Shown here: positions 62,038 through 64,000 of the stretch, in pieces | Layout of the letters: the number at the start of each line of letters is the position of its first letter | Position numbering within the stretch: position 1 is the first letter of the stretch | Assembly (NCBI GenBank): GCA_963977015.1 | Contig: CAXBMO010000004.1 | Location: 389,061-453,060 of the forward strand | DNA length: 64,000 nucleotides | From: an uncultured bacterium | Lineage (GTDB): Bacteria; Verrucomicrobiota; Verrucomicrobiia; Verrucomicrobiales; DEV007 | Direction of reading: 5' to 3' | Program-made: the position numbers and the translations under genes | Notes under the pieces: model-generated | Databases searched by the model: none | Told to the model about the DNA's origin: nothing | Seen by the model: the letters and a program-made list of their open reading frames with translations, nothing else

Positions 62038-63099
62038 TCATTCCCCGATGTGAATCACCATTTTCCCCCTGGCTCGACCGGTTCCAGAAATGCGCATCGC
62101 CTCGGCGACCTGATTCAGTTTCCAACGCCGGCTGATCATGGCCTTAAGATCGCCGGATTCGAGTCGCTCTGCCAAAAACGTGAGATCATCCGGATTCACG
62201 TCATCCACGAACGTCACCAGGCGCTGACTTCGAACCAACGAAAGCAGCCCCATTCGAAGAAGGCGGGGGATCGGGCCAAGAACATCGCCACCTTGTCCCG
62301 AGCACGCCACGTAAACGCCCTTGGGTTTCAACGCTTGAAGGCACTTGCGCAGCGAACGGTTTCCGACCAGATCAAACACGACATCGTAAGCCTTCTTCCG
62401 CTCCGTAAAATCATCGGCAGTGTAGTCGATCACCTCATCCGCTCCGAGCTCCCGCACCATTTCGACGTTCGCGGTGCCACAAACTCCGGTCACCTCCGCT
62501 CCCAGGTATTTCGCCAGCTGAACCGCGAAGCTCCCCACCCCACCTGATGCCCCGTTGATCAAGACCGTCTGTCCCGGTTGAACCTTGGCGATATTGCGCA
62601 GTCCCTGAAGGGCGGTCAACCCGGACGTTGGCGTCGCCGCGGCTTGCTCAAACGAGACGGTTGCCGGTTTTCGCACAACTTTTGCCTCGGGAACGCAGAC
62701 GTATTCGGCAAACGCGCCTCCCGAGACTTCGCCGAACACCTCGTCCCCGGGTTGAAACCTGGTGACGTTCCGGCCAACGGCCTCAACTCTGCCGGCAAGC
62801 TCCTGCCCAAAGATTGCATGCTTCGGCTTTCCCACTCCGTATCCCATAAACCGAATCAGGTAGGGCTTCCCGGTCATCAGGTGCCAGTCCCCCTTGTTCA
62901 CCGCGGCCTCGACAACGCGGATCAACACGTCGTCGGCACCGACTTCCGGTTTGCGAACTTCACGCAGGCTGAGGACGCCATCCGTCCCGTAACAGGAGTG
63001 GACAATCGCCTGCATCGTTTTCGCAGCTACGGTCGTTTCCGCGGCGGGTTCGGATGAAAGGTCGACTTGGCTGGGGGAGGAAATGGAGAGTTGGTTCAT
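62038..63099 (-). CDS. NAD(P)-dependent MDR oxidoreductase (quinone reductase-like)
   Basis: GDEVFG, INGASGGVG, ARGKMV. Confidence 0.9.
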   Translation of the reverse strand: MNQLSISSPSQVDLSSEPAAETTVAAKTMQAIVHSCYGTDGVLSLREVRKPEVGADDVLIRVVEAAVNKGDWHLMTGKPYLIRFMGYGVGKPKHAIFGQELAGRVEAVGRNVTRFQPGDEVFGEVSGGAFAEYVCVPEAKVVRKPATVSFEQAAATPTSGLTALQGLRNIAKVQPGQTVLINGASGGVGSFAVQLAKYLGAEVTGVCGTANVEMVRELGADEVIDYTADDFTERKKAYDVVFDLVGNRSLRKCLQALKPKGVYVACSGQGGDVLGPIPRLLRMGLLSLVRSQRLVTFVDDVNPDDLTFLAERLESGDLKAMISRRWKLNQVAEAMRISGTGRARGKMVIHIGE

Positions 63100-63118
63100 G
63101 ATGGAATTTTCTGTTTAG

Positions 63119-63176
63119 CTTACACCGTAAGTATAACGTCTCAGAAAACTTGTCAAAACAAAACTTACAGTGTATG
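63119..63176. promoter_or_regulatory. Two TetR operator-like palindromes
   Basis: CTTACACCGTAAG (63119-63131) and CTTACAGTGTATG (63164-63176) between divergent genes. Confidence 0.65.
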
Positions 63177-63851
63177 TTTCTGGCCTTGAAAACCAAGAAA
63201 TCGAAAAGCCGCACCCCTCTCAGCCGCGAACGCATCCTCCAATCCGCGGTCCAGCTCGCCGACGACAGCGGAATCGACTCCCTCTCCATGCGAACGTTGG
63301 CAACCGCCGTCGGCGTCGAGGCGATGTCCCTCTACAACCATGTGAAGAACAAGGATGACATCCTCGACGGCATGGTGGAGCTGGTTGCCGCCGAGATCGA
63401 GGTGCCATCCATCGGCGGTGATTGGAAGTCCGCGATGCGTCGCCGCGCCACTTCCGCCCACAAGGTCCTCATGCGCCATCCCTGGGCAACCATGTTGATC
63501 GTCTCCCGCGCCAACGTCGGCCCAGCCATGTTACGCTACGTCGACGCAACGATCGGGTGCCTTCGCGAGGCCGGATTTTCCTATCCGATGGCGGACCATG
63601 CCTGGAATGCGATCGACAGCCACATCTATGGCTTCACCCTGCAGAAACTGAACTTCCCGTTCGCGCCCGGCGAGTATGCCGAAGTCGCGAAGTCCTTTCT
63701 CAACCTGATTCCCGAAGACCAATTCCCCTACCTCAACGGCATGGCGCGCCAGGTTATCGATGGGAAACACGACGGCCTCCAAAATCTCGAGTTCGGGCTC
63801 GATCTCATCCTCGACCGGCTTGAGGAGCTTCGTGATGAAGGCGTGAGTTAG
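63174..63851 (+). CDS. TetR/AcrR family regulator
   Basis: LSRERIL..LSMRTLA..GVEAMSLYNHV HTH; TetR_C-like EFGLDLILD. Confidence 0.92.
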   Translation: MFLALKTKKSKSRTPLSRERILQSAVQLADDSGIDSLSMRTLATAVGVEAMSLYNHVKNKDDILDGMVELVAAEIEVPSIGGDWKSAMRRRATSAHKVLMRHPWATMLIVSRANVGPAMLRYVDATIGCLREAGFSYPMADHAWNAIDSHIYGFTLQKLNFPFAPGEYAEVAKSFLNLIPEDQFPYLNGMARQVIDGKHDGLQNLEFGLDLILDRLEELRDEGVS

Positions 63852-63866
63852 GCCTGAATCAATTCT

Positions 63867-64000
63867 CTAATTGGAATCCGTTGAATCAGTAGATGGTGGC
63901 GTGCTCGGTGCGGGCGGCTGAGTCGGAACGCTTGGCGGAGGCGTGGGTTGAGCCGGAGCACTTGGCGTTGGCGCCGGTTGAGCCGGAGCACTTGGCGTTG
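63867..64000 (-). CDS. Partial CDS (3' end), Pro-rich tail with a 30-bp tandem repeat
   Basis: Open frame TPSAPAQPAPTPSAPAQPTPPPSVPTQPPAPSTPPSTDSTDSN* running off the window edge. Confidence 0.55.
   Translation of the reverse strand, partial: TPSAPAQPAPTPSAPAQPTPPPSVPTQPPAPSTPPSTDSTDSN

Noticed and set aside
63946-64000. 30-bp tandem repeat as CRISPR or VNTR element
   Set aside because: Period is a multiple of 3 with no spacer; encodes a Pro-rich protein tail
55342-64000. tRNA-anchored genomic island
   Set aside because: No integrase, no duplicated tRNA 3' end and no obvious compositional shift within the window

Overview
A GC-rich bacterial chromosomal window. Gene content (DUF1501, DUF1552/DUF1592, DUF1080, sulfatase, ECF/anti-sigma pair) suggests the PVC superphylum, probably Verrucomicrobiota (inference). 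Housekeeping genes: leuB, gluQ, frr, pyrH, dnaK-groES-groEL and tRNA-Ser(GGA). The most unusual region is about 2.4-13 kb. (i) A PLP racemase and a DUF1611 gene sit divergently from a periplasmic amino-acid-binding domain fused to a complete pentameric ligand-gated ion channel. (ii) An array of integron-type gene cassettes (attC sites) has no integrase in the window. Its first attC is interrupted on the bottom strand by an ORF-less group IIC intron, and that intron carries a 311-bp non-coding element with terminal inverted repeats and a perfect 10-bp target-site duplication. Also present: three type II toxin-antitoxin pairs (two BrnT/BrnA with a shared 17-bp palindrome), a cluster of REP-like palindromes, three candidate sigma54 promoters (one before dnaK, one before a small YRG-repeat protein) and a membrane-split alpha/beta hydrolase. 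All family assignments come from motif recognition by eye, not database searches. Start codons differing from the ORF track are my best estimates.
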